DNA of 64,000 nt from a virus. The position numbers were made by a program, and so were the translations under genes. Shown here in pieces: positions 33,428 to 43,665 of the stretch. Where the stretch lies: IMG/VR virus record IMGVR_UViG_3300042868_009489. One strand, 5' to 3'. The notes under the pieces are model-generated. The model had not been told where the DNA came from, made no database searches, and saw only the letters and a list, made by a program, of their open reading frames with translations. Each line of letters opens with the position of its first letter. Positions within the stretch are counted from its first letter, which is position 1.

Positions 33428-34237
33428 TTATGAGTTTGGAGTAGCACTTTGGAATAAGTCTACGATACCTAGGCTCATATCTGAGTTATAGATTGATGCC
33501 GGAGTAGCTGCTTGCTCTATTAAATCCTTTTCATAGGAAACCCATTGGCGTATATCAGCCACAATTGACTCAATCTTATCAACTGCTGATACATGTATCT
33601 TTTCGGTTGTTAATAAATACGTAACCGTTCTTTTAACTACATCAGTTTGATCCATATTTGTTTCGGTATCTGAAACCCTTCTGGCGTATACAAGCTCTGA
33701 TGCTCCCAGTCTTTTAAAGACTGAAGTATATTCCAACATAAAATCTTCAAATATTTCCATAATTCTATCGGCTACTTCTGCACCAGCATATCTTTGTTGA
33801 TCACCTGACAACTGACCAGCATTAGCTTCAACTAGAATAGTGAAGGAAACGACATTCTGAAAACGCTGACCTTCTATAATATAATACTTACCATCATCAC
33901 CTAAAGCTTTATCTCTATATCTCATTTTAGGTTCTTGATTGTGAGCCCTCTTTAATTCAAGGCCGTAAGCTATGCAAGGATAGGATGCAAACTTGCCTCC
34001 AAATGTTGCTACGATTGGTATGTCTGGATATGAATTTTCCCAAAGCATTTTTACAACTTCTATAAAGCCTAGGTAAGTTAAATTTCCTTCAGCCTTTAAT
34101 CTTCTTGAATCACTATCGTTATAGTATTTAGGATCCTGCTCTCGCAGTCTATCTCTGCTTTCTGCGTAGCTTTCCCATTTATTACTTGGTGCTGAGTCAG
34201 CATTAAAACTGCCGGGAAATGGAAATGAAGACTGCAT
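33428..34237 (-). CDS. Probable tail terminator / neck protein
   Basis: Upstream of the sheath; YPCIAY...FQNVVSFTI...ADRIMEIFEDFM...RTVTYLL pattern. Confidence 0.45.
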   Translation of the reverse strand: MQSSFPFPGSFNADSAPSNKWESYAESRDRLREQDPKYYNDSDSRRLKAEGNLTYLGFIEVVKMLWENSYPDIPIVATFGGKFASYPCIAYGLELKRAHNQEPKMRYRDKALGDDGKYYIIEGQRFQNVVSFTILVEANAGQLSGDQQRYAGAEVADRIMEIFEDFMLEYTSVFKRLGASELVYARRVSDTETNMDQTDVVKRTVTYLLTTEKIHVSAVDKIESIVADIRQWVSYEKDLIEQAATPASIYNSDMSLGIVDLFQSATPNS

Positions 34238-34238
34238 A

Positions 34239-36323
34239 TTATGCTCCTGGTCCTGTCATTATAGAAAAATTAATATTCTTTAAACCAAGAGAAGAAACTA
34301 AATTTATTTCAAAAATTAAAGTTCCTCTTTCTGTTTTCGATCCATATGATTGAAGTTTATAATCTTTAATAGTTCTAGTAGATACCAACATGTCAAGCAT
34401 TGATTTGACTTGTGAAATTACTTTATCTTCCGCGTTCTTGCCTATGCCGTCATTTGCTATGGCTTTTATTTCAGTTATAACCATAGCAACTAATCTCATT
34501 TGTGGAGCTTTTGTAAAGGAGCTATTTTTATTGGCCAATGTGTAATCGTTAGATATGTTTACTTCGTATGGATTACCCCTTAGTGCTTTGCGCGTTCTGT
34601 ACACAACATTGATACCGAGGTTGTCTAACCTAGCTAATGAATCTCCAGATAAATTAGAACCATAAACAGAATATGCTCCTGGTATTCTTTTTCTGATTAT
34701 TCCATTATAAACTGGAGTTGACGACATCATTCCAGCAAATGCAGCTGCTGCTGAACTCGTATATGATCTTCCAAAACCTATATGATTAAAAGTTAGTTCT
34801 CCATATATAGGAATAATGTATCGACCTATATCAGTTTCTACTTCTCCACTTATTGAGTAAGTGGTAAATTTATTTACAAGTCTAATATTTTCTTCTAGAA
34901 GTTGAACATCGCTATCTTTTGTTCCATTATTTTTAGAACCAATGATTCCCATTTGAACATATCCAGTAGCTTCGTTAAATGAGTAGCAATGAAGAGCTAG
35001 TTGAGCTATGAAGTCAACAGACCCAGTGTTTATCATTGAAGTTTCAAGTGGTACCACTATGTCAATAAACTCAAGCCCCTTTGCTATATTATAACTTACT
35101 GCTAGTCTTTCATAATATTTTTCATAAAAGTTTACATTAGAATTTGTTTCTGCTGAAAAAAGTATTGGCATGTCGATAAGTCTTTGAGAAGTGTCTTCAA
35201 TGTATTCCGACATTGGCGCAGAAGCCATCATGAATATAGACTTTGCTCCGCAGCTAAATGCGTCATGAATTCCTCTTAGGATAGGCGAAGAAGTATTTGC
35301 GCCTAATAAATTGGTAGCTTCTTGAATTGAATTAATTTTTATAATTTGATTTAATTCAATTCCATCACTATGACCTATGAATAATATTGAATTAGTATTA
35401 TAGTATTCTTCTAATGAATCAAAAATTGGCCTCTTCGAGATAGTCGCACCAGTTGTTGGTCCAGTTAAATCCTTAGACACTCCAGTCGTATTGATGACAG
35501 AGTATTTTCCTGTTGTAAGTTGTTCTACGTTAGATAAAGGAATATTTGTTTTAATAGAAAATTGATTATTTGCTGGGATCGAAGAGATAAAATGATTTCC
35601 ATTAAAGTCTACACTTATTTCTGATATTGAAATTTGATCACCAGATGAAAGATTGTGATCAGTATCAGTTGATAAAGTTATCACTCCATTTTCTATTTTT
35701 TTATATACTATATTTCCGACTCTACCAATTTGACTTCTAGAAACTTCAAAATTATGTTCAATTACTTGAGTTCTATCATTGTATGCACATTGAATCGAGA
35801 CGGTATAAGTTCCACCAAAAAGTGTATCTGGGATTTTGTAATAGAAACCATACTCAGAACCTGATGGTCTATTGTAATAAGAATTTGTCTTAAGAGCTAA
35901 TCTTGCATACACCTTTGCCGAGTTATAGCTTGATAGACTTGGTAAGGTACTAGCAGTTGTTCTTGCTATTACTGATGTTGTAGTTGGTACAGATGTAATT
36001 ATATACTCTGTATTGTAGCCACCGCCGACGCCGTAAACAATTACGGTATCTCCAGCCGCTAATTTATGATTTATATCAAATGTAAATGTTGCTGAAACGT
36101 AACCATCCACTATTGAAACTGGTGGTGTTATCGATGTAATTCGATAACTTGTATTGATCAACGAAGTGGATGAATGAATTATTTCTCCAGTGCCACCATT
36201 TCCTCTCGATACAGTTGCATATATATCTACAGGAGTAGTCTGATCTAAAGGGTCGTAAAATTCACCATTTACCAAAAAGGCGAATCTGAATTTCACCAAC
36301 TGGCCATTGTGCACTCTTAGCAT
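34239..36323 (-). CDS. Second sheath-like protein with N-terminal beta-rich repeats
   Basis: C-terminal part parallels the sheath (ILRGIHDAFSCGAKSIF, LDNLGINVV, MRLVAMVI, EINLVSSLGLKNINF); two repeats HKLAAGDTV / HNLSSGDQI. Confidence 0.6.
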   Translation of the reverse strand: MLRVHNGQLVKFRFAFLVNGEFYDPLDQTTPVDIYATVSRGNGGTGEIIHSSTSLINTSYRITSITPPVSIVDGYVSATFTFDINHKLAAGDTVIVYGVGGGYNTEYIITSVPTTTSVIARTTASTLPSLSSYNSAKVYARLALKTNSYYNRPSGSEYGFYYKIPDTLFGGTYTVSIQCAYNDRTQVIEHNFEVSRSQIGRVGNIVYKKIENGVITLSTDTDHNLSSGDQISISEISVDFNGNHFISSIPANNQFSIKTNIPLSNVEQLTTGKYSVINTTGVSKDLTGPTTGATISKRPIFDSLEEYYNTNSILFIGHSDGIELNQIIKINSIQEATNLLGANTSSPILRGIHDAFSCGAKSIFMMASAPMSEYIEDTSQRLIDMPILFSAETNSNVNFYEKYYERLAVSYNIAKGLEFIDIVVPLETSMINTGSVDFIAQLALHCYSFNEATGYVQMGIIGSKNNGTKDSDVQLLEENIRLVNKFTTYSISGEVETDIGRYIIPIYGELTFNHIGFGRSYTSSAAAAFAGMMSSTPVYNGIIRKRIPGAYSVYGSNLSGDSLARLDNLGINVVYRTRKALRGNPYEVNISNDYTLANKNSSFTKAPQMRLVAMVITEIKAIANDGIGKNAEDKVISQVKSMLDMLVSTRTIKDYKLQSYGSKTERGTLIFEINLVSSLGLKNINFSIMTGPGA

Positions 36324-36696
36324 TTAGTTTTTGCTTTCCCTAGTTGCACCAGCAATCCAGTAAACTATTTTCCCACCTCTACCCCTTATTGGAGCAGAAA
36401 AATCTATTAAAAAAATTTCTTGACCACCTGGATAGTCTTCATATATTCTATCACCAGATTTAACATTTGCTGTATCTTGAAAATAATATATTACTTCAGA
36501 GCTAACGGTTAAGCCTTGTATATTTTCTTCTAGTATATTAGCAAATCCGTTGAGCCCCCGGATACACAGCCCTTACTGTATACCTTTGCATCTTTTGGCT
36601 ATAAGTCATAGTCTTTTGATCTAATATTTTTTGAACCAATACATTGTGACCCCAACTACGCAGTACATTACTTAATGTGCGTTTTGGATCAATCAT
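36324..36696 (-). CDS. Probable head closure / head-tail adaptor, about 123 aa after +1 shift at CGGA 36546-36549 (absent from the ORF track)
   Basis: MIDPKRTLSNVLRSWGHNVLV...YPGAQ c G FANILEEN...YYF....VKSGDRIYE...RGRGGKIVYWIAGATRESKN*; fills the gap exactly, with its stop abutting the next ATG (36323). Confidence 0.7.
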
Positions 36697-37579
36697 ACTT
36701 CCTTATTCCTCTTTCTGGAATTGGATTTTCATCTGGTGATTGGATATGAGTTGGTCCATACAGGTCTCTTGGAGTGTAGTAAACTGACAATCCGGTATAT
36801 GGATCCATGGTTCTTCCTGCTCCAATGGTTGGAAGACTTGGTAAACCCTTTGGTTGAACTGCTTTCATTCCAACTTTTGATGTTAACATTTCTTTCCTAA
36901 GCATTGCTGCGATTTGACACCAGGTAGTGGCGTTAGCTCTACTTAGGGTGTTTCTAGGTAGATTTTTATTAGTTATAGAAAGATCACCAAGCCTTACCGA
37001 AAGCTCATCATCTCCGCCATTTCCATAGACCCTTGTTAGCTCACAGCAGGTGGCTGCTCTTATGTATTCAAATGCCGTAAATGGAATAGCTGTTCCGTCT
37101 TCAGTCTCTAATAATTTAAATATATTTTTTATCTCTATAGAATAGTTATGTATAAATTCACCTATTTCCAACAAAGAAGCGTCAGGGAAATAGGGGAGAA
37201 GTTGCTCTGGATCAAGATACAATGGCTCTATGTCCGCTGCAAAAGCTATTATTTCATCCTCCCTTAAGAAGACTGTTGGCCTATAATCCTCTGTTGGAGT
37301 ACTTACATATATCTGTTGATTAACGCTAATTGTAGTATTGTTTGATAAAACGCCGTTAAAAGAAACCTTATATGTGCCAGCCGTTGATGGGGTATAGTCA
37401 TAATAAAATTCGGAGCCACTAAGCGACGTAGGAGTAGCCGATATAATCAACACGTTACTTGAATTTGTAATGCTCATGGAAACTGATACAGGAGAAACTT
37501 CTACCTGATTACCATTAATATCTACGTCAATAAATTTAACCTTTAGACGCACAGTGTCATTGACTAGTATATTTGTCAT
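36689..37579 (-). CDS. Probable neck/adaptor protein with N-terminal Ig-like domain
   Basis: YYDYTPSTAGTYKVSF Ig-like strand pattern; SVRLGDLSI motif typical of adaptors; position. Confidence 0.45.
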   Translation of the reverse strand: MTNILVNDTVRLKVKFIDVDINGNQVEVSPVSVSMSITNSSNVLIISATPTSLSGSEFYYDYTPSTAGTYKVSFNGVLSNNTTISVNQQIYVSTPTEDYRPTVFLREDEIIAFAADIEPLYLDPEQLLPYFPDASLLEIGEFIHNYSIEIKNIFKLLETEDGTAIPFTAFEYIRAATCCELTRVYGNGGDDELSVRLGDLSITNKNLPRNTLSRANATTWCQIAAMLRKEMLTSKVGMKAVQPKGLPSLPTIGAGRTMDPYTGLSVYYTPRDLYGPTHIQSPDENPIPERGIRKYD

Positions 37580-37638
37580 TTTTCCTTCTTTAAAAAGTAG
37601 ATATTTATATAGTAGTACTTTAAATTGTGTTGGTGAGC

Positions 37639-37935
37639 TTATTCACCCTGATGTTGAATACTAACAAGCGTGCCAGAATGTATAGTTATTTCACTAGCCT
37701 GAATGAGTGCAGCTCCCTCTTTCTCAAGAGCCTGTATTGTAATTACTCCAGTTGGAGCTAGATCTATACTTAGAACGCCTATTGCAGTAGCTACCGAATA
37801 GTCTTTTTTCCCACCAAAATTAACTTTGATATTATTTAAGGTGACAGGATTTGATATTCCTTCTATTATTAATATAATAGTTCCATCATATTGAATACCA
37901 GATTGGCTATAATCAATAAGGTCATTGTAGAGCAT
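37639..37935 (-). CDS. Hypothetical protein
   Basis: 98-aa ORF with AGGA RBS and an upstream TACTATAT motif. Confidence 0.55.
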   Translation of the reverse strand: MLYNDLIDYSQSGIQYDGTIILIIEGISNPVTLNNIKVNFGGKKDYSVATAIGVLSIDLAPTGVITIQALEKEGAALIQASEITIHSGTLVSIQHQGE

Positions 37936-37990
37936 AAAAGTCCTTTAAAAGATTTTAACTATATAGTAACGATATAAAGTTAAAATATTA

Positions 37991-38788
37991 TTAGAATTGT
38001 AAACCAGCGTCTTTTCTTAGGTTTGGCATCCAGATTCTTGAGTCCCCGTCTACCGGAATTGGACTTCCATTTTCTGGAGTACCATAAGAAATTGCAGATA
38101 GATATGCAATTCTCTTACCCTTTGTCACCGGATAGACTTCATGAGTCCCTACATAGTTTGTAGGATATACGGCTATGGTTCCAGCTTTAGGCACGTGTGT
38201 ATGTTTTGCGTGTTTGAAAAATATATTACCGCCAATAAAATTTGTTCCATTTAGCTCTTCTTCTGATTCGACTCCATCATTAAGATATATATTTATGCTT
38301 ACATTACCATGTTTTGGATATTCATTCTTTGGAGGCTTACCGTATTCATATGGTATCTGATCATCGCAGTGTTGACCTATACCTTGGCCATTTGCGTATG
38401 TAGCTATGTGACCTGCAGATCTCCACCAGCAGACTGTAGATGCTTCTGTGTATATTTTACAATACTCAACCAATGATTTGTAAGCTAAATCTTCTAAATC
38501 ATGGATTAGTTGCTGTTGTTCTTCTGTTGGTTTTCTGTCTGAAAGCTTGCATAATGGATCTACGAATCTTTCTGGAGCCATAGATATCGAATCTACATCA
38601 AACTTAAAACCAGTTTTATTTAAAGCGTAGCGTTTTCCATCTTCTTCTATATAGGTAAATGTATCTTCTTCTTGTTGCTTCAGCCAAGCTATATAATTAT
38701 GTAAAAATTCCTGATCAATATCAAAAGCGTCTTCTATAATACATAGGCCGGCTCCAATGTCTTTTGCTTTAAAATCTTTTATAATCAT
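37991..38788 (-). CDS. 2OG-Fe(II) oxygenase (prolyl-4-hydroxylase-like)
   Basis: HCD...IYLND...GGNIFF...PKAG...YP.NY...HEVYPVTKGKR. Confidence 0.85.
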   Translation of the reverse strand: MIIKDFKAKDIGAGLCIIEDAFDIDQEFLHNYIAWLKQQEEDTFTYIEEDGKRYALNKTGFKFDVDSISMAPERFVDPLCKLSDRKPTEEQQQLIHDLEDLAYKSLVEYCKIYTEASTVCWWRSAGHIATYANGQGIGQHCDDQIPYEYGKPPKNEYPKHGNVSINIYLNDGVESEEELNGTNFIGGNIFFKHAKHTHVPKAGTIAVYPTNYVGTHEVYPVTKGKRIAYLSAISYGTPENGSPIPVDGDSRIWMPNLRKDAGLQF

Positions 38789-38789
38789 A

Positions 38790-39704
38790 TTAGTAATTTG
38801 ATCTTGTTATACTGAACTGATCAGAAGACTGATCGTAACCTTTTTCTAAAAGATATTGCCTATAATCTGAGGTTAGCCCAGGCATATAGAGATTAGTTGC
38901 TGTTTTTGCTAATTCTATTTCCTTATTCGGGTCAACAACAGATTCATTAACTTCTTTATTTGGGGTTCCGTGGCTATACCAACCAAGATAAGAGTATCTC
39001 TCCCCTTCTCCAACTGATTTAACTTCATGAGCTGCCATAAAGTTTGATGGAAAAAATAACAAGTCACCTTTTTTAGGTTTTATATCTATGTCTAAATAAT
39101 TAAAATAATGATGACCACCAGTAAAATTTGTTCCATCTAATTCTTCCTCTGTATCAACGGATGACGTAAGATAGAAAACATTACTAATAACATTTCTAGT
39201 TGCTAGCTGATCTTTTGGAGTCCAAACATCATAAATATAATCAGCACTTACGTCAGAATGACTACCTAAATAGACGCCTTTTTTATACTGAACTATATGA
39301 CCCTTAACCTTCCACCAAACACATTTATAAGCAAGAGGAAAAAGTTCAAAGTACTTAAACAAATATTGGTCTTTTGATTCTTCAACAAAATCAAATATCT
39401 TTTTTATCTTTTCATCACCATACCTATGTATAGCAGAACCTCTGCCTGGCATGCGGTCGACACTTTCCTTTTGAAAAAAATATCCACTTTTATTTAGATA
39501 GATTTCATCACCAGTTTCTGGATTGACAGTTGGTGTATACATATCTTGTTTTTCTTTATTAATTGCATCTCTACTAAATTCTCTAACATAATCCCAATCT
39601 AGATCTATAGCTGATTCAAAAAGAACAACTCCGCCACCAAGGTGTTTAGGTTCAACATTATTGTTTATCATTTTAATCCTACACTTTTTGTGGTGTTGTG
39701 CCAC
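38790..39704 (-). CDS. 2OG-Fe(II) oxygenase (prolyl-4-hydroxylase-like)
   Basis: HSD...FTGG..YF...KPKKGDLLFFPSNF..AHEVKSVGEGERYS; true start may be MINNNVEP. Confidence 0.85.
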   Translation of the reverse strand: MAQHHKKCRIKMINNNVEPKHLGGGVVLFESAIDLDWDYVREFSRDAINKEKQDMYTPTVNPETGDEIYLNKSGYFFQKESVDRMPGRGSAIHRYGDEKIKKIFDFVEESKDQYLFKYFELFPLAYKCVWWKVKGHIVQYKKGVYLGSHSDVSADYIYDVWTPKDQLATRNVISNVFYLTSSVDTEEELDGTNFTGGHHYFNYLDIDIKPKKGDLLFFPSNFMAAHEVKSVGEGERYSYLGWYSHGTPNKEVNESVVDPNKEIELAKTATNLYMPGLTSDYRQYLLEKGYDQSSDQFSITRSNY

Positions 39705-40815
39705 ATGGTCCTTCTGGCAAATTTTCGTCTACCGATGATTCCTGCTTTTGTTCTTGAGCTGGTTGTTCATTGGAATCTAATTCAACAGTTTCATGGCTCT
39801 GACTATATTGAGCAACGTTTCTACCTTGATAGATTGGGTTCCAACCTGGTTCTACTCCCAATCTTGTAGAGTTAGCATCGTCATATCTAGAATGTGGAGA
39901 TTTACAATATCTTTCATAATCATCATATATATTGTTTAACCAAACAGGTGGACACCATTCGAAGCTTGCCTCTGGTTCAGCTATCCTGATATTTGCTGGA
40001 ACATCGTCTGCTCCTTGCCCAAAGAATGTAAGATAACTATATCTTACGCCCTTTCCCATTCTTTCTACGTTATGAGAAGCTACATAATTTGTAGGAAAGA
40101 AAATTATATCCCCCCTTTTTGGTTTATACTTTATGCCTAAATGCACAAACTGAAGTGCGCCGCCTGTAAAGTTTCTTCCATTTATTTCTTCTTCTGTTTC
40201 TACGCAATCATTTAGATATATTAAAGCACCACATGTTTGACGAGATGCCACCATTCCTCTTGGCATGTATCTAATTCCATTAGTTACTTTATAATTCGTA
40301 TCGTTATCTGCATGTGTTCCAAGAATCCCACCATCACCATATCTGAGTATGTGACCCCTAGTTTTCCACCATATACTCCCAAGCATTAATGGATAGTAGT
40401 CGATGTATTTTAAAAGACCTTTGTATATCTGTTCTTCAAGATAGATAAAAAATTTTTTAACTTCGTCTGGCGTATTTGGATTAACAGGTTGCAGTAGCCT
40501 GACTGGAGTTCCTGGTATTTCATCTAACTTATATCTAAAGCCATCTTCATTAATACCATACTCTACACCGTCTTCACCTGTTATATAGTTCCATCTAGTT
40601 TTATGCGCTTCTGCTGCGTTTTGATCAATGTAGTCCAAAACTAAAGACTGATCCATATTAAATGCATTTCTAAGTACAACTATGCCAGCGCCTAGCTCTT
40701 CTGATTCCATTGCCCCAATTTCATCAATTATTTTTTGATTAATAATTGGAGATACTGGAAATGCTTCGTTGTTTAAATTTTTTGGTTGATTGTTTATTTC
40801 ATCTAAGTATGACAT
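39679..40815 (-). CDS. 2OG-Fe(II) oxygenase (prolyl-4-hydroxylase-like)
   Basis: HAD...IYLND...FTGGALQF...KPKRGDIIFFPTNY..SHNV.RMGKGVRYS. Confidence 0.85.
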   Translation of the reverse strand: MSYLDEINNQPKNLNNEAFPVSPIINQKIIDEIGAMESEELGAGIVVLRNAFNMDQSLVLDYIDQNAAEAHKTRWNYITGEDGVEYGINEDGFRYKLDEIPGTPVRLLQPVNPNTPDEVKKFFIYLEEQIYKGLLKYIDYYPLMLGSIWWKTRGHILRYGDGGILGTHADNDTNYKVTNGIRYMPRGMVASRQTCGALIYLNDCVETEEEINGRNFTGGALQFVHLGIKYKPKRGDIIFFPTNYVASHNVERMGKGVRYSYLTFFGQGADDVPANIRIAEPEASFEWCPPVWLNNIYDDYERYCKSPHSRYDDANSTRLGVEPGWNPIYQGRNVAQYSQSHETVELDSNEQPAQEQKQESSVDENLPEGPCGTTPQKV

Positions 40816-40822
40816 AAGATTC

Positions 40823-41440
40823 CTATCCTAAAAGTTCGTCAATTGCTTCTCTAATTGTCCAACCAGCGCCCATTATTCTTGGAATCTCATCAAGTGGCAT
40901 ATCTTGCCAATTGAATCTGGCTACCATTGTTCCTTCACGACTAACTAAAAACTTTTCATAACCATGTGATATTCTAGCAATTGCTTGTCCTGCAAGGTTT
41001 TGATTTTCAATTGCTTTATCAGTTTGGTTTGCGCTAAAGTCGGAATAATTTCTTTTCTCATTTCCTTTTAAAGCTGAAAATAAAGGATGTTCGTTTTTTC
41101 CGTTAACGTCTACTTTTTGAAAAAATGGAAAGTTTACAAACGAATAATGCTCCTTTATAAATGCTGCTATCTCCTCGTTCGTACCTGGTTCCATTTGGGC
41201 AAACTGGTTATTTGGAAAAGCAAGAACAGAAAATCCTCTATCTTTAAACTCATCATGAACTTGTTGCAACTGCCATAACTGGCGACATGTTCTAGCATAC
41301 GACCAGACCTTAGAGCACTTGGGTTCATAGCCTCCAGCTTTTGTGGACACGTTCACGATAAGGGTTAACTTACCTTTAAATGTAGATAAATAATTTTTTT
41401 GTCCGTCTATTGACGTAGCTTCAATATCATAAATTGACAT
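40823..41440 (-). CDS. Glutathione peroxidase-fold protein with altered active site
   Basis: FKGKLTLIVNV, RGFSVLAFPNNQFAQMEPG, FPFFQKVDVNG..EHPLF, EKFLVSREG are GPx signatures; canonical Cys/Trp positions are substituted. Confidence 0.8.
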   Translation of the reverse strand: MSIYDIEATSIDGQKNYLSTFKGKLTLIVNVSTKAGGYEPKCSKVWSYARTCRQLWQLQQVHDEFKDRGFSVLAFPNNQFAQMEPGTNEEIAAFIKEHYSFVNFPFFQKVDVNGKNEHPLFSALKGNEKRNYSDFSANQTDKAIENQNLAGQAIARISHGYEKFLVSREGTMVARFNWQDMPLDEIPRIMGAGWTIREAIDELLG

Positions 41441-41753
41441 TTTTTTGACCTTTAATATTTAGTTTTGCGTATTCATCTATTGTCAAAATACCAACAAACT
41501 TATCTCCAATTACTTCTACACTTACGGAAAGTGTAGCCTTTATTGGCGTATCTACATTTGCTGAAAATGTTAATACATTATTATTAATCTTACCATTAGT
41601 AAAAGTTAATGAACCTTTTTCTCCAGTAATAATTCCAGAAATAAATGGCTCAATTGAACTAATGGTAACCTTGCTTGTGCTAATCCCAAATGGAGTAAAA
41701 GTAGAAACATCCCAGTTTCCAATAATATCTAAACTAGTATCAATGCTGTTCAT
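41427..41753 (-). CDS. Hypothetical small beta-rich protein
   Basis: 108-aa ORF (IIGNWDVSTFTPFG...) preceded by an extended -10. Confidence 0.6.
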   Translation of the reverse strand: MNSIDTSLDIIGNWDVSTFTPFGISTSKVTISSIEPFISGIITGEKGSLTFTNGKINNNVLTFSANVDTPIKATLSVSVEVIGDKFVGILTIDEYAKLNIKGQKNVNL

Positions 41754-41759
41754 GATTTA

Positions 41760-41770
41760 ATTATAGCACA
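41760..41770 (-). promoter_or_regulatory. Extended -10 promoter TGTGCTATAAT (similar at 29389, 45327, 52729)
   Basis: TGnTAnAAT upstream of gene starts; here 6 nt before the ATG (leaderless). Confidence 0.55.
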
Positions 41771-41786
41771 AAAAAAAAGTAGTTGA

Positions 41787-42464
41787 CTATTCATAGAAAA
41801 ATTGACCAGTTTCCAAAGCTGTTGGAGGGCTATCTTTATGCCAAACATTTACAACCATGACTCTTCTAACTCCAGATACGGGAGCAGTTGTGTTATGTAT
41901 AACATGACCTGCATCAAATATTATTAATCTATTAGGTTTACAGGCTATTCTCTCTCTTAGCTCAATTGGGACTATCAACGGATCTATATTTATTTTCTCC
42001 AATGCTTCTTCGGTATTCTCGGAGACTGCAGTTGGGTGCAGTTCTAGGAATCCGCCTACAACATCATTTGTATGCGGATAGTACACACATCCTATTGCAG
42101 GTCCTCTAAATATTTTTTTATCTGCATAGAGGAAAGTGTCCTCATCTACATGAGTTCCTAAATATTGTCCAGGATTGAATGTTCTTGTCCAGTATTCAAA
42201 GCCGCAGACTTCCTCAATCGGGAAAGGTAAGTTTTTTTCCCATATTTTTTTTACAACTTTTTTTCTTGGAGTATTTGCTGGTGAATTCCACCAACCATCC
42301 CAAAACATATATGGAGCAAAACAGTCTGATTTTTCATCATGGTAACTATTTAGCTCTATTGCTATTCTATCTTCGTTGCCCATAGATACTGGAAAAAAAT
42401 CTTTTGTTTCTTCGATTTCTTTTAAGATATCTTTATCTTTAATGAAGTCATCTAATATAATCAT
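41787..42464 (-). CDS. 2OG-Fe(II) oxygenase
   Basis: EYW...HVDED...GGFLEL...KPNRLIIFD...H......G.RR..VVNVW. Confidence 0.8.
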   Translation of the reverse strand: MIILDDFIKDKDILKEIEETKDFFPVSMGNEDRIAIELNSYHDEKSDCFAPYMFWDGWWNSPANTPRKKVVKKIWEKNLPFPIEEVCGFEYWTRTFNPGQYLGTHVDEDTFLYADKKIFRGPAIGCVYYPHTNDVVGGFLELHPTAVSENTEEALEKINIDPLIVPIELRERIACKPNRLIIFDAGHVIHNTTAPVSGVRRVMVVNVWHKDSPPTALETGQFFYE

Positions 42465-42476
42465 AGGTATATAGTA

Positions 42477-43175
42477 CTACAATTTCACGGCATACGTAAC
42501 AGCTGCGCCTGTTGGATTATGGTAAACAGCTGAGTTATCAATATCTTTTAAGACCTGGTGTACTTCATAAATATCAGTAAATATAGATTCATCTTGATAC
42601 AGTGAATCCATTCCAGTATAGAGCATCATTAGGGTTCCGTTTTTATTTAATCTATCAAAAAATTTAACAGCTACACTAGGATTGTGAATCACATCGTGGA
42701 GACTCATGCATATGAAATCGTACGTTGGACCTTGATTTGTTTCAATTTCTTGCATGGTTATGGTGTCGTAATGCCATTCATCTGTTTTAATGAACTGTTC
42801 AAATAGATCTAATTGATAGTTGTTTAACATGGTTAATTTTGATCTTTTATTCATTAGATTAGCCAACCCCGTATTAAAAGCGGGTAGTGTCATAAGTGAA
42901 GTTTCTGGCTTTGCAGTCAGAAACCCAAACTCATGAGTATTAGCTGCATAGTAATATGCTGGGTTTACATTCCAGAAATGACTATCTTCACTAAAGACAT
43001 CAAAATACCATATTAGAAAATCCATTCCAACAGCTATTTTTCTTTTATCTAATGATAAAGTTTTAAGATAATTGTTTATTTTCTTACTCTTAGAAATGGA
43101 GTCTTTAACGGATTCTATGTCTATGTATTTAATTAACTTAATTAAATTTTCAAAGTAATTCATTTCATAGTTCAC
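42477..43175 (-). CDS. Hypothetical protein, possible degenerate SAM-dependent methyltransferase fold
   Basis: YDFICMSLHD...FDRLNKNGTLMM resembles class I MTase motifs; no clear Gly-rich motif I. Confidence 0.35.
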   Translation of the reverse strand: MNYEMNYFENLIKLIKYIDIESVKDSISKSKKINNYLKTLSLDKRKIAVGMDFLIWYFDVFSEDSHFWNVNPAYYYAANTHEFGFLTAKPETSLMTLPAFNTGLANLMNKRSKLTMLNNYQLDLFEQFIKTDEWHYDTITMQEIETNQGPTYDFICMSLHDVIHNPSVAVKFFDRLNKNGTLMMLYTGMDSLYQDESIFTDIYEVHQVLKDIDNSAVYHNPTGAAVTYAVKL

Positions 43176-43458
43176 GATTAATTGCCCCTAATGCAAGCTG
43201 GCGCATATGCCAAAGTCTTCTAATGTTTCCTATTAATGAAATTCTTTGATTTTTTAAGAATAAAAAGATTTGATTTTTTCGCCCGTCTAACTCGCCAGAT
43301 TCAATTTCCTTTATTGGAATTTGAGTTATGCTTCTAGCAGAATCTATCAATTGATCTATAGAATACGAATCATACTCGTCAATATTTAAGCCGATAAAGC
43401 AAACATAAAAAGCTAACTGCTCATCTATATATTCTAAATCTTTTTGTGCGTTATACAT
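43165..43458 (-). CDS. Hypothetical protein
   Basis: 97-aa ORF tightly coupled to its neighbours. Confidence 0.6.
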   Translation of the reverse strand: MYNAQKDLEYIDEQLAFYVCFIGLNIDEYDSYSIDQLIDSARSITQIPIKEIESGELDGRKNQIFLFLKNQRISLIGNIRRLWHMRQLALGAINREL

Positions 43459-43665
43459 CTATATTAGATCTTCTATAGTTGGAGAAAGCGGAAGTATTAT
43501 ATACTTATTTTTATCTGCAAATTCTTTAGTGAGAACATACTCACGAGTAGTTCCGCCATTAGGCATTATTATATTGCCATCTTCTTCCGAGTAAACGGGG
43601 ACTGAATCATCTAAAGCTTCAGTGAACTCATGTATCGGTTCTTCACTAATTGGTTTAGGATTCAC
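43459..43665 (-). CDS. Hypothetical protein
   Basis: 68-aa acidic ORF, coupled. Confidence 0.55.
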   Translation of the reverse strand: MNPKPISEEPIHEFTEALDDSVPVYSEEDGNIIMPNGGTTREYVLTKEFADKNKYIILPLSPTIEDLI

